Part shown: piece after piece, positions 43,343-51,964 of the stretch
Layout: each line of letters begins with the position of its first letter
How positions within the stretch are numbered: the first letter of the stretch is position 1
Assembly (NCBI GenBank): GCA_963802945.1
Contig: CAWDKY010000053.1
Coordinates: 160,001 to 224,000 of the forward strand
Length of the DNA: 64,000 nt
Direction of reading: 5' to 3'
From: an uncultured delta proteobacterium
Lineage (GTDB): Bacteria; Desulfobacterota; RBG-13-43-22
Position numbers and translations under genes: made by a program
The notes under the pieces: generated by a model
Told to the model about the DNA's origin: nothing
What the model saw: the letters and a program-made list of their open reading frames with translations, nothing else
Databases searched by the model: none

Positions 43343-45299
43343 TCCTATCATTGGTACGCTAAGACAAAAAAACAATCCCATATGGATAATCATTTTTTTT
43401 GTTCTGCTGGCATCCACTGTTCTTATTTTTCATATTCCTGAAAAAATAACAGCCATTCTTTATCTGTGCTTTTTCTTTCTTCTCACCTTGATCAATCCCA
43501 TAAATGGCATCACCTTAATGGTGATGTCCATCCCTTTTTTCCTGGGTGCCCCCCACAACCCTTATTTTTTTCTTTTCAAAATTGTAATCTATGGCACCCT
43601 TATCCTTGGATTCATCCATTTATGGAAACAAAAAACATCTATAGAAATCCCTTTTAAACCCCTGGTCCTTTTGTTGTTCCTGTCAGTTCTTTTCAGCATT
43701 CCCATCAATGCCAAGGAATATTACTATGAATTTTGGGCCACCCCGGCAAAAGAAATATGGTTCCAGTGGGTCAGAGGTCATGAAAAGTTTCCTCTTTTCC
43801 ACCTCAGGGCTTTAACCAATACCCTCAGCGGTATGTTAATTTTCATTTTAACAGCCAACTTGTTTTCAAAAAATAACGCTGATGATTTGAAAAGAAATCT
43901 AATGGGTATGATCTGGATGGCGGTTATCATCTGCTTGATAGGAATCCTTTTCCTCTTCGACGTCATACCTCCCCAGCCGAAAACCTATTTATCCCTTTCC
44001 TTGGCAGGCATTCATGAAGGGGCCATTTCCGCTTTCGCCTTTAACCGCCAATATCTGGCCCAGTTCCTGCTGATCCTCTTCCCTTTGATATTTTATTTCC
44101 TGAATTTGAACCGTAAGAAATTTTTACGGTTATCTATTTATTTGTTGGTCCTCGGTCTTTTTATAGTATCTTTATCGGCCAGCATGCAACGTAGCGCTTT
44201 TCTAGTCCTTTTTCTGGAAATGATTCTTTTCGGCCTACTCTATATTTTTCTTATTTCAACTAGGAGGAAAAAGGCTCTCTTATTTTTTATTATTCCTTTT
44301 TTCCTTCTGGCCGTCATGATTCTCTTAGATTTTGAATTATTAAACAAACGATTCATAGAAAGGCTGACTCTTTGGGGTCTTTCTGACCCTGATAACAGAC
44401 GGCTGCATCTCTGGAACACCGCTTGGCATATGTTTACTTTTTCTCCTTTTCTTGGGATGGGGCTGGGTAAATATTTTGAATTTTTCCCGGAATTTTTTAC
44501 CGATTCTCGCGTCCATTGGAAAACATTTGGGTTTGTGCGAGGAGAGCCCCATTCTTTTTATCTTCAAACCCTATCTGAACGAGGGGCCATCGGATTTCTT
44601 CTTCTTTTATTCCTGGCGGCTGCAATCGTTTATAAAATAATTAAAAAAATAAAAGAAGAACCATCTCAAGAAAACAAGATGCTTATGATAACGCTGATGC
44701 TCTCTTTGTTTGGATGGTTTTTATTGGGTTTTTTCCATAACGTATCCTATGTTCGGTCCCTAGGTATACTGTTTTGGATCCTTATGGGATGGTTAGCCGG
44801 ACTGACTACTCCCCAAGCGGTTGCCGTCAAAAATAAATTGGATATTAAAATCTTTTTTGTTGGATTACTGGTTTTAACAGCGGCCTTTGTGTACCAGATC
44901 AAATTGATCTACGAAAGACCGATAAATCCTTTTTTCCAGACCGGTTTATACAACAAAGAACTCTTGCCGGGAGGAGAGATAATCCACTGGACTAAAAAAA
45001 GGGCGGTCTTCACTACCCCTATTCAAAATGGGAACATCATCTTATCCTTTTCAGCACCATTGCCGGGGATAACGGAGCATTTCCAAAAAGTCCGCTTCTG
45101 GATTGGGCAAAAGAAAGTTGAGATCCTCTTGAAGGATACCGCCTGGCACCAGATCGTACTTCAACCAGAGAACCCTTTTGAAAAAAAGATGCTCCTCCAA
45201 TTGGAAACCGGCTACACCTTTAATCCCAAGAAGGCCAAGACAAGCAATGATGACCGGGATCTCGGAATAATGATTCGAGAAAAACAAGAAGGAAGTTAG
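43335..45299 (+). CDS. O-antigen ligase / Wzy_C family membrane protein with C-terminal soluble domain
   Basis: Many TM segments, SMQRSA, RLHLWNTAWHMF..P..GMGLG.Y, PHSFYLQTLSERGAIG; C-terminal WT...DDRDLG. Confidence 0.8.
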   Translation: MPNPIIGTLRQKNNPIWIIIFFVLLASTVLIFHIPEKITAILYLCFFFLLTLINPINGITLMVMSIPFFLGAPHNPYFFLFKIVIYGTLILGFIHLWKQKTSIEIPFKPLVLLLFLSVLFSIPINAKEYYYEFWATPAKEIWFQWVRGHEKFPLFHLRALTNTLSGMLIFILTANLFSKNNADDLKRNLMGMIWMAVIICLIGILFLFDVIPPQPKTYLSLSLAGIHEGAISAFAFNRQYLAQFLLILFPLIFYFLNLNRKKFLRLSIYLLVLGLFIVSLSASMQRSAFLVLFLEMILFGLLYIFLISTRRKKALLFFIIPFFLLAVMILLDFELLNKRFIERLTLWGLSDPDNRRLHLWNTAWHMFTFSPFLGMGLGKYFEFFPEFFTDSRVHWKTFGFVRGEPHSFYLQTLSERGAIGFLLLLFLAAAIVYKIIKKIKEEPSQENKMLMITLMLSLFGWFLLGFFHNVSYVRSLGILFWILMGWLAGLTTPQAVAVKNKLDIKIFFVGLLVLTAAFVYQIKLIYERPINPFFQTGLYNKELLPGGEIIHWTKKRAVFTTPIQNGNIILSFSAPLPGITEHFQKVRFWIGQKKVEILLKDTAWHQIVLQPENPFEKKMLLQLETGYTFNPKKAKTSNDDRDLGIMIREKQEGS

Positions 45300-46753
45300 G
45301 CGGTAAAGGAGGGAGGGGTTACCTGGAGGTCATGACAAAATTCATTGGCCATCACATTCAATACCCTGCTTATTCCAAGAGGAAATACACCTTGGGAACT
45401 GCTCCAAATAATCTCTAAATTTCCCACAGACCCTTTTCCCCAAGACAAAGGAAGACTTAAAGTTGCCGTCCTGTTGTCTCCCTGAAGGGGTTCAGAGGCA
45501 AACCAGGTTAGGGGCTTATCGGGATACATAGCCAGAAAAAGGGAAGCTCGCAGAATGCCTACATCTTCAAATAACTCTCCAGCCAATTTCCACCTTCCAT
45601 CAATGGCCTTTTCATCTTCAAAGGCCCGGCAAAGCAAACGGGTCCTGAAGGCCAGGTACTTGAATTTTTGAGAATCCTTCCATCTGTCAACCAAATCCTG
45701 GAAAAGCCCGGCGAATCTAAAATATCCCAGCAGCCTTGATCCAAAGACAAACGCAGCTCCCAGCATAACCACCACATAGGCGGCCAAGGAGTTTCTGGTA
45801 AAAAGTAAAAAGCCAGCTAAGGCCGCCAAAAATAAATTTACTCCATAGAGCATCAGGACCGCCCGGCGGTGAGAGAATCCCTTTTCCAGCAATCGATGAT
45901 GAATATGATCACGATCAGCCTGCCCGATGGGAACCCCCCGATGCCAACGTCGTAACACCGCATAAATCATGTCCATAATCGGAATTCCAAGGGCGACAAT
46001 AGGGATAAATAAGGCAAAGGCGATGGCACTTTTTTCAGAGGCCCACAAGGAAAGGCCCCCCAAATAAAAACCCAGAAACAGGCTGCCCGAATCTCCTAAA
46101 AAAATAGTGGCCGGTGAGAAATTATAACGAAGAAACCCGAGGCAGGCACCGATCAGAGCAATGGCCAAAAAAGGGACTAAGGTATAAATAGTCGAAAAAG
46201 TCATGATAAAGAGAATGGCTGCAGCAAAGGTGGCGATTCCCACGGCCAACCCATCTATTCCATCGGCCAGATTGACGGCATTGGTTATTCCGACCAACCA
46301 TAATATGGTAATGGGTCCGCTCAGCCAGGAAAGATCTAATTGTATCCCGAAGGGATTGGAAATGAGTTGTATCTTCAGCCCAAAGATAAAGGCAACACCG
46401 GCCGCCACAGTCTCCGCTGATAATTTCGGCCAGGGAGTCAATCGGTGAATGTCATCCCAAATCCCAATCCCGAAAACGATTAAGCAACCGAGGGAAAGCC
46501 CAAAAAGAGGTTTCCAGAAGGAATGGATTTCCCTCATCATGAAATCCCCCCAAAAAAGCAAGCCAATAAAAGGTAATGTCGTGGCTATAAAAATAGCTAC
46601 TCCGCCAAGACGAGGGATCTCCTTTTGGTGAACTTTCCTTTTTCCCGGGGAATCAAGGAGTTCGAATTGGGCTCCTAATGCCCGCACATAGGGGGTGATG
46701 ATCAAGGCTATAATCAAGGAAGTGGTAAAAAACAAAATATAGGTTAAAGTCAT
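45296..46753 (-). CDS. Undecaprenyl-phosphate GlcNAc-1-phosphate transferase (WecA/MraY family) with C-terminal extension
   Basis: RKVH..IPRLGG, GIWDD, NAVNLADGIDGLA, FLGDSGS, DRDHIHHRL. Confidence 0.9.
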   Translation of the reverse strand: MTLTYILFFTTSLIIALIITPYVRALGAQFELLDSPGKRKVHQKEIPRLGGVAIFIATTLPFIGLLFWGDFMMREIHSFWKPLFGLSLGCLIVFGIGIWDDIHRLTPWPKLSAETVAAGVAFIFGLKIQLISNPFGIQLDLSWLSGPITILWLVGITNAVNLADGIDGLAVGIATFAAAILFIMTFSTIYTLVPFLAIALIGACLGFLRYNFSPATIFLGDSGSLFLGFYLGGLSLWASEKSAIAFALFIPIVALGIPIMDMIYAVLRRWHRGVPIGQADRDHIHHRLLEKGFSHRRAVLMLYGVNLFLAALAGFLLFTRNSLAAYVVVMLGAAFVFGSRLLGYFRFAGLFQDLVDRWKDSQKFKYLAFRTRLLCRAFEDEKAIDGRWKLAGELFEDVGILRASLFLAMYPDKPLTWFASEPLQGDNRTATLSLPLSWGKGSVGNLEIIWSSSQGVFPLGISRVLNVMANEFCHDLQVTPPSFTA

Positions 46754-47523
46754 GATATCCTTTCGGACATTTTCTTCGGCCGTTTTAAAAAGCTGGCCAT
46801 AAAAACCCGGGAGGAAAAAAACCTGATTCCGCTTAACGTATGCCTCAATAAAAATCTGAGACGGCGGTGACTGTCCCGCCGGGCATGATGAATAACCGAG
46901 ATCTGCGGATCAAATACAACCTTGTATCCTGCTAATCTTAAACGGCTGCAAAGATCCACGTCCTCAAAATAAAGATGATACCGTTCATCAAATCCGTTCA
47001 TGGCAGCAAAGGCGGCACTCGAAAATAACATAAATATACCGGCTACCCAATCCGGATAAAACATCTTATCCATGTTATAGTCCAACTTGCCGTTTTCTTG
47101 GTTCAAAACCCTTTTGATCAGCCGGGCAGGTGTGGGAAGCCGACGGGCACTATCCTCAACTGATTGATCGCTGGAAAGTATCAGCGGGGCAATTACCCCG
47201 ATTCGCTCATCGGCCCGTAAAGGGGCAAGAAGAACAAAAGGATCTTGGGTCAATCGAACATCCGGATTCAGGACACAAAAATAATGGGAGGCCCTTAACC
47301 GAAAGGCCGCATTATGATTGGCCCCAAAGCCCTTGGGGTGCTCATTTTGAATCACTCTCATTTTAAAATTGAAATCATCTTCCTTAAAAGGTATTTTTTC
47401 TTGAACATTTATTGTTATCACCACCTCCATATCTCTGTAAAGGCAAAACCGTTCGATACCCATTAAAAGTCCATGTACCAAGTCGGCCTGTTTATGACTG
47501 ACTATTGATAGCAAAATCGACAT
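46750..47523 (-). CDS. GT2 glycosyltransferase (WbbL-like rhamnosyltransferase)
   Basis: SIVSH, GFGANHN, LNPD, DWVAG, GFDERYHLYFEDVDLC. Confidence 0.88.
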   Translation of the reverse strand: MSILLSIVSHKQADLVHGLLMGIERFCLYRDMEVVITINVQEKIPFKEDDFNFKMRVIQNEHPKGFGANHNAAFRLRASHYFCVLNPDVRLTQDPFVLLAPLRADERIGVIAPLILSSDQSVEDSARRLPTPARLIKRVLNQENGKLDYNMDKMFYPDWVAGIFMLFSSAAFAAMNGFDERYHLYFEDVDLCSRLRLAGYKVVFDPQISVIHHARRDSHRRLRFLLRHTLSGIRFFSSRVFMASFLKRPKKMSERIS

Positions 47524-47554
47524 TAAGGTCCTTCTTTCAATGATGATATCTCAC

Positions 47555-47584
47555 AAAATATGCTTCTTGCTGAATCGTTGTCAA
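47555..47584 (-). promoter_or_regulatory. Candidate sigma70 promoter for the GT2-wecA operon
   Basis: Minus strand TTGACA-18 nt-TATTTT, 31 nt upstream of the start codon. Confidence 0.5.
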
Positions 47585-47835
47585 GTAGTTTGAATGGGCT
47601 AAAAATTTTTTAAAAAAGACTACGGATTCGAATAAAATCAGAAGATTGTTAAAATGATTTTAAACTCCTCTGCTAAAAAGCCATTATGATTGAACCGGAT
47701 CTATATCTTGCTTCGGATTGATCAAATAAGAAAAGTTTTACCCAATTCCCCCACCCTTTCTTCCCCTTCTAAAAAGCTGTCTTGTTGATTAAACATACTC
47801 TTATCAAAAAAATACCTTTTAAGAATAAAAAATAC

Positions 47836-47864
47836 TTGACAATGTCTTGCCCCTCGTTTATTAA
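47836..47864 (+). promoter_or_regulatory. Candidate sigma70 promoter for the rfaH-like/marR/wzm operon
   Basis: TTGACA-17 nt-TATTAA (imperfect -10). Confidence 0.4.
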
Positions 47865-47865
47865 G

Positions 47866-47886
47866 TATGTTCAGAGCATGAACATA
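47866..47886. promoter_or_regulatory. Putative operator, perfect 8-5-8 palindrome
   Basis: TATGTTCA GAGCA TGAACATA directly downstream of the candidate -10. Confidence 0.6.
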
Positions 47887-47913
47887 TAAAATACATAGGG
47901 TTTTCTTACTATC

Positions 47914-48447
47914 ATGAACCACTGGTATTGTATTTACACCAAACCCAACAAAGAGGAGTTTGTCTGCTGGCTGCTCAGAAAGTTTAATGATATCGAACTG
48001 TTCAATCCAAAATTGAAGAGAAAAAGATTGGTTCGTGGGCGGGTTTCGGAGATTGTGGAAGAACTTTTTCCCTGTTACGTTTTTTCCCGCTTTAATCCCT
48101 TAACCTATTACCATCTCATAAAATATACCAAAGGGGTAAAACGGATCGTCGGTGACAGTAGTGGAAATCCTTACGCCGTTGATCCGACAGTTATAAATGA
48201 AATTAAGGCCCAAAGCGAGAACGGATATTTTCGGGTTCAACCGATCGAATTCCAAAAAGGGGACCCGGTTATGATCAAAGGGGGCCCCTTTCAGGGATTG
48301 GAAGGTATTTTCTTAAGTAAGTGTAAGGCCAGTGAGAGGGTCTCCATTTTGCTGAATCTGATTAAATCTACAGCCCGAGTTAAAATAGAAAAATGTTTTT
48401 TGGCAAAGGGGGAGGAGTCGAATGAAAGGGTTAAGGTTTTAAGCTAA
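47914..48447 (+). CDS. RfaH-like NusG-paralogue transcription antiterminator
   Basis: WYCIYTK, EELFPCYVF, YTKGV, KOW GDPVMIKGGPFQGLEGIF, ERVSILLNLI. Confidence 0.88.
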   Translation: MNHWYCIYTKPNKEEFVCWLLRKFNDIELFNPKLKRKRLVRGRVSEIVEELFPCYVFSRFNPLTYYHLIKYTKGVKRIVGDSSGNPYAVDPTVINEIKAQSENGYFRVQPIEFQKGDPVMIKGGPFQGLEGIFLSKCKASERVSILLNLIKSTARVKIEKCFLAKGEESNERVKVLS

Positions 48448-48510
48448 CGGTTTAAAGTTATTTCGTTTTATTACTGAGAGCATAAAAAAGATTACATCAT
48501 AGAAACATAT

Positions 48511-48630
48511 TTTCACTGCCCACGAGTCTCGATAAAAGCGAAACTCCTTCGAGAAGCGAAGAACTCAGAGATAAACATTTTCTTCTCTACGCCCTCAGGG
48601 TCTCGGCAGTGAAAGAAATTTATAATCTGC
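48511..48630. repeat. Inverted-repeat element related to 50333-50550
   Basis: TTTCACTGCC / GGCAGTGAAA perfect IR; shared tail TCTCGGC(A/G)GT.AAA.AAA.TTATAATCTG. Confidence 0.65.
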
Positions 48631-48678
48631 CCCGCTTAATAAATAAACTACTTTTAATCCTCCTTTTAGGCAGGGAAT

Positions 48679-48690
48679 GGCGGTAGCCTG
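48679..48690 (+). promoter_or_regulatory. ops (operon polarity suppressor) element
   Basis: GGCGGTAGCCTG matches GGCGGTAGnnTG on the non-template strand, downstream of the RfaH-like gene and 29 nt before the marR start. Confidence 0.8.
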
Positions 48691-48719
48691 CCATTAAATC
48701 CCTCCCTCAGCTAATATTT

Positions 48720-49058
48720 ATGGATGAAAACCACCTAAAGACCTTGAAAATTCTCGAAGAAAACCCGGCCTTGTCCCAACGGCATCTGGCCCGAGAATTA
48801 AACCTTAGCCTGGGCAAGGCCAATTACATTATCAACGCCTTGATTCAAAAAGGATATTTAAAAGCCAAACGATTTAAAAATTCCAATAACAAACGGGCTT
48901 ATGTCTATTATCTGACACCGGAAGGGATTAAGAAGAAATTTGAATTGACTTATCAATTTTTTAGGACAAAATCACTGGAATTTGAACAGTTGAGGCAGGA
49001 AATTCGAGCCTTGGAACAGGACATTAAGGCTTCTAATTTCCCTCCGGAGTCGCCATAA
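48720..49058 (+). CDS. EPS-associated MarR family transcriptional regulator
   Basis: SQRHLARELNLSLGKANY, F.NSNNK..Y.YYLTPEGI.KK. Confidence 0.9.
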   Translation: MDENHLKTLKILEENPALSQRHLARELNLSLGKANYIINALIQKGYLKAKRFKNSNNKRAYVYYLTPEGIKKKFELTYQFFRTKSLEFEQLRQEIRALEQDIKASNFPPESP

Positions 49059-49130
49059 AACAACCCTTTGGTTGGCTAGGCGCTTAATAATTCTTCAATC
49101 TTCTCAGAAAGGCTCGAGGAGGAAGACAAA

Positions 49131-49247
49131 ATGCAATCCGGATGGAACCCTAAAGTAACCTTTGACGAATTGTCCTGTCTCATAGTCCGGGCCGATCTGG
49201 AAAAAGCAAAAAAAAGAAGCTCTGGAGATAGCCAAGCCGATGGATAA
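49131..49247 (+). other. 38-codon ORF resembling an extended-SDR (Gmd-like) C-terminal fragment, or the frameshifted true start of wzm
   Basis: SD GAGGAGG; MQSGWNPKVTFDELSCLIVRADLEKAKK; A8 run at 49208-49215, loss of one A puts it in frame with 49240. Confidence 0.45.
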
Positions 49248-50319
49248 ACCAAGGATTAAACAAAACACGACCGTATGGATAGTATCTTTTTTGGCTGTAT
49301 TGGGGTTATGGAACACCCTTCGATGGCAATCCATTTTGAATCTGCCCTTTGAGAATAGTCCGCTGTGGGGCGGCCTTATAATGTCAGCCGGAGCAGCCCT
49401 TATGGTTCTGGGAATTTTTTATTACGGGAATTGGCTAATGGAAGATACGCGACGGCTCTATCAAATTTCAAATCAACGTTTGAATATTCCTTCCATCAAG
49501 TGGATTCGCTTTCTTAATCCGTTAGGACCTTTCTATAACCTCTACCAGCACCGGGACCTATTGCGCCAATTCGTGCGACGGGATATTGAAGGACGTTATA
49601 AAGGGTCTTACCTCGGCCTGATCTGGTCGTTTATCAATCCTCTGTTAATGTTAATGATCTATTCCTTTATTTTTTCAATCGTCTTCAAAGCACGCTGGCG
49701 GCCCCAGGGTGAAGTCAACCTGGGGGAGTTCGCCGTCACCCTTTTTGCCGGCCTGATTGCCTACAATATCTTTTCCGAAACGGTCAATCGGGCTTCCGGG
49801 CTGATCATCGGCAATCCTAACTATGTCAAGAAGGTCATCTTCCCTTTAGAGATCCTTCCCGTCAGCGCTTTGGGATCGACTATTTTCCACGGCCTCGTCA
49901 GCATAGCCATTCTGATAGCCGGCAAACTGCTGATTATGGGAACGCTTTCCCCGACGATACTATTATTGCCTTTGGTCATTCTCCCCTTGCTTTGGTTGAC
50001 TCTGGGGTTGTCCTGGGTCTTGGCCTCTTTAGGAGTATTTCTGAGGGATACGTCTTACGCCGTCGGTATTATTACTCAAGTTCTATTCTTTATGTCTCCC
50101 ATATTCTATCCGATTGAAGCCATACCTAAAAAATATCGGTTTATCCTGCAGATCAACCCCCTTTCGGGCATATTGGAAAATTTCAGGGGCGTACTCATCT
50201 GGAATCGCCTGCCGGACCTGGGAGGATGGCTCATCCAGGTATTCATATCACTGGTCATTTTTGTCATCGGATACATGTGGTTCATGAAAACCAAGCCTGG
50301 CTTTGCCGACGTCGTTTAA
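49240..50319 (+). CDS. wzm: ABC transporter permease Wzm with N-terminal hydrophobic extension
   Basis: RRDIEGRYKGSYLGLIWSFINPL, NYVKKVIFP, FLRD, SPIFYP, FADVV. Confidence 0.9.
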   Translation: MDKPRIKQNTTVWIVSFLAVLGLWNTLRWQSILNLPFENSPLWGGLIMSAGAALMVLGIFYYGNWLMEDTRRLYQISNQRLNIPSIKWIRFLNPLGPFYNLYQHRDLLRQFVRRDIEGRYKGSYLGLIWSFINPLLMLMIYSFIFSIVFKARWRPQGEVNLGEFAVTLFAGLIAYNIFSETVNRASGLIIGNPNYVKKVIFPLEILPVSALGSTIFHGLVSIAILIAGKLLIMGTLSPTILLLPLVILPLLWLTLGLSWVLASLGVFLRDTSYAVGIITQVLFFMSPIFYPIEAIPKKYRFILQINPLSGILENFRGVLIWNRLPDLGGWLIQVFISLVIFVIGYMWFMKTKPGFADVV

Positions 50320-50332
50320 TTGGAAAGAAATG

Positions 50333-50550
50333 TTTTTACCGCAAAGGCCCAAAGAGCGCAGAGAGAATCATTTTTGTTCAATCCCGCCTCTTAAGGGATT
50401 GAACAAAACAGCTCTGGCCTCCGGCCATAAAAATACCCGGAGGGTAGCGAGGCTTATCGATTGCCGGTGAAAGGCCGGCAATCGATAAATTTTCTTCTTG
50501 GCGGCCTCTGCATCTCTGCGTCTCGGCGGTTAAAATAAATTATAATCTGT
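50333..50550. repeat. Nonamer-type arms enclosing three hairpins, between wzm and wzt
   Basis: ACCGCAAAG GCCCAAAGA GCGCAGAGA ... CTCTGCAT CTCTGCGT CTCGGCGGT; perfect 14-bp stems at 50372-50408 and 50454-50488. Confidence 0.8.
50454..50499 (+). terminator. Candidate intrinsic terminator inside the glycan operon
   Basis: TTATCGATTGCCGG-TGAAAGG-CCGGCAATCGATAA followed by ATTTTCTTCTT. Confidence 0.45.
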
Positions 50551-50571
50551 CTCTCATAAGCATAGTATTTC

Positions 50572-51954
50572 ATGTTAAATCAATCTGTAAATAATGACGC
50601 CATGATTTCCGTGCGGAATATCGGCAAGATGTATCGATTATTCGATCAGCCCAAGGATCGCTTGAAGGAGCAATTATTATGGAGGTTTGGCAAGAGATAT
50701 AGTCGGGAGTTCTGGGCGCTCAAAGATATTTCTTTTGAAGTTAAAAAAGGCGAAACCGTCGGCCTCATCGGCCGAAATGGTTCAGGAAAATCCACGCTGC
50801 TACAAGTGATCTGCGGTACGCTGACGCCTACCCATGGAACCATCGAAACAAGAGGCCGCATTGCTGCTTTGTTGGAGCTTGGTTCTGGGTTCAATCCGGA
50901 GTTTACCGGACGTGAGAATGTCTACATGAACGCCGCGGTACTGGGCTTGAGCAAAAAAGAAATCGATGCACGCTTTGACGACATTGCCACATTTGCTGAT
51001 ATTGGTGATTTCATCGAGCAGCCCGTCAAAACTTATTCCAGCGGCATGGTGGTGCGGCTTGCGTTTAGCGTAGCGATCAATGTCGATCCAGAAATTTTGG
51101 TTGTTGATGAAGCCCTTTCGGTAGGTGACGAACTATTCCAGCGCAAGTGTTTTTCCCGCATCGAGGCCATCAAGAGTAGCGGGGCAACGATTCTGTTTGT
51201 ATCCCACTCTGGCGCCACCATCATTGAACTATGTGATCGTGCGGTATTGATAGATGCGGGTGAAAAACTGGCGGTTGGCGTCCCCAAACAAATCGTGGGG
51301 AGCTACCAAAAACTACTTTATGCACCCAAGGATAAACGCGAAGCTATTCGGAATCAAATTCGCCGAGCGGATGAACATATTGCAGCTTCTGCCAATACCG
51401 TTCAAGATACATCACCAGAATTATACGCCCCCAGTGAAGCTACACCAGAGCTGCAAGAAAGTTTCGACCCAAATCTTAAGCCTATCAGCACTATTGAGTA
51501 TGCGTCTCAAGGGGCTAAAATAATATCCGTCTTAATAAAAACGCTTGAGGGCGTGCAAGTTAATAACTTGGTGCGTGGAAAAACTTATCTCTACTGCTAC
51601 ACGGTGAAGTTCCTGAAAAATTGCACCAATGTCCGTTTTGGGATGTATATCAAGACTATTTCCGGGTTTGATTTAGGAGGCGCGGCCTCATCAAGTTTGA
51701 AAAACAGTATTGCCTTTATAGAAAGCGGATCAACGTATCAAGTCGAGTTCCAATTCCGTTGTATTTTAAATAGTGGTGTTTATTTTGTGAACGCAGGGGT
51801 TAATGGCAATATTGATGGTACTGAGACATTTCTAACGCGACTGCTAGATGCCATCGCGTTTCGAGTGATAGATGAAGTTGATATTTATTCGTCAGGCATT
51901 GTGGACTTTGGGTGCCTTCCCACGATTCAACTAGCTCTAGATCAGAGCGAGTAG
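50572..51954 (+). CDS. wzt: ABC transporter ATPase Wzt with C-terminal carbohydrate-binding domain
   Basis: GRNGSGKSTLL, ELGSGFNPEFTGREN, YSSGM, VDEALSVGD, VSH; about 200-aa C-terminal extension. Confidence 0.93.
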   Translation: MLNQSVNNDAMISVRNIGKMYRLFDQPKDRLKEQLLWRFGKRYSREFWALKDISFEVKKGETVGLIGRNGSGKSTLLQVICGTLTPTHGTIETRGRIAALLELGSGFNPEFTGRENVYMNAAVLGLSKKEIDARFDDIATFADIGDFIEQPVKTYSSGMVVRLAFSVAINVDPEILVVDEALSVGDELFQRKCFSRIEAIKSSGATILFVSHSGATIIELCDRAVLIDAGEKLAVGVPKQIVGSYQKLLYAPKDKREAIRNQIRRADEHIAASANTVQDTSPELYAPSEATPELQESFDPNLKPISTIEYASQGAKIISVLIKTLEGVQVNNLVRGKTYLYCYTVKFLKNCTNVRFGMYIKTISGFDLGGAASSSLKNSIAFIESGSTYQVEFQFRCILNSGVYFVNAGVNGNIDGTETFLTRLLDAIAFRVIDEVDIYSSGIVDFGCLPTIQLALDQSE

Positions 51955-51964
51955 GTTTTGTATT

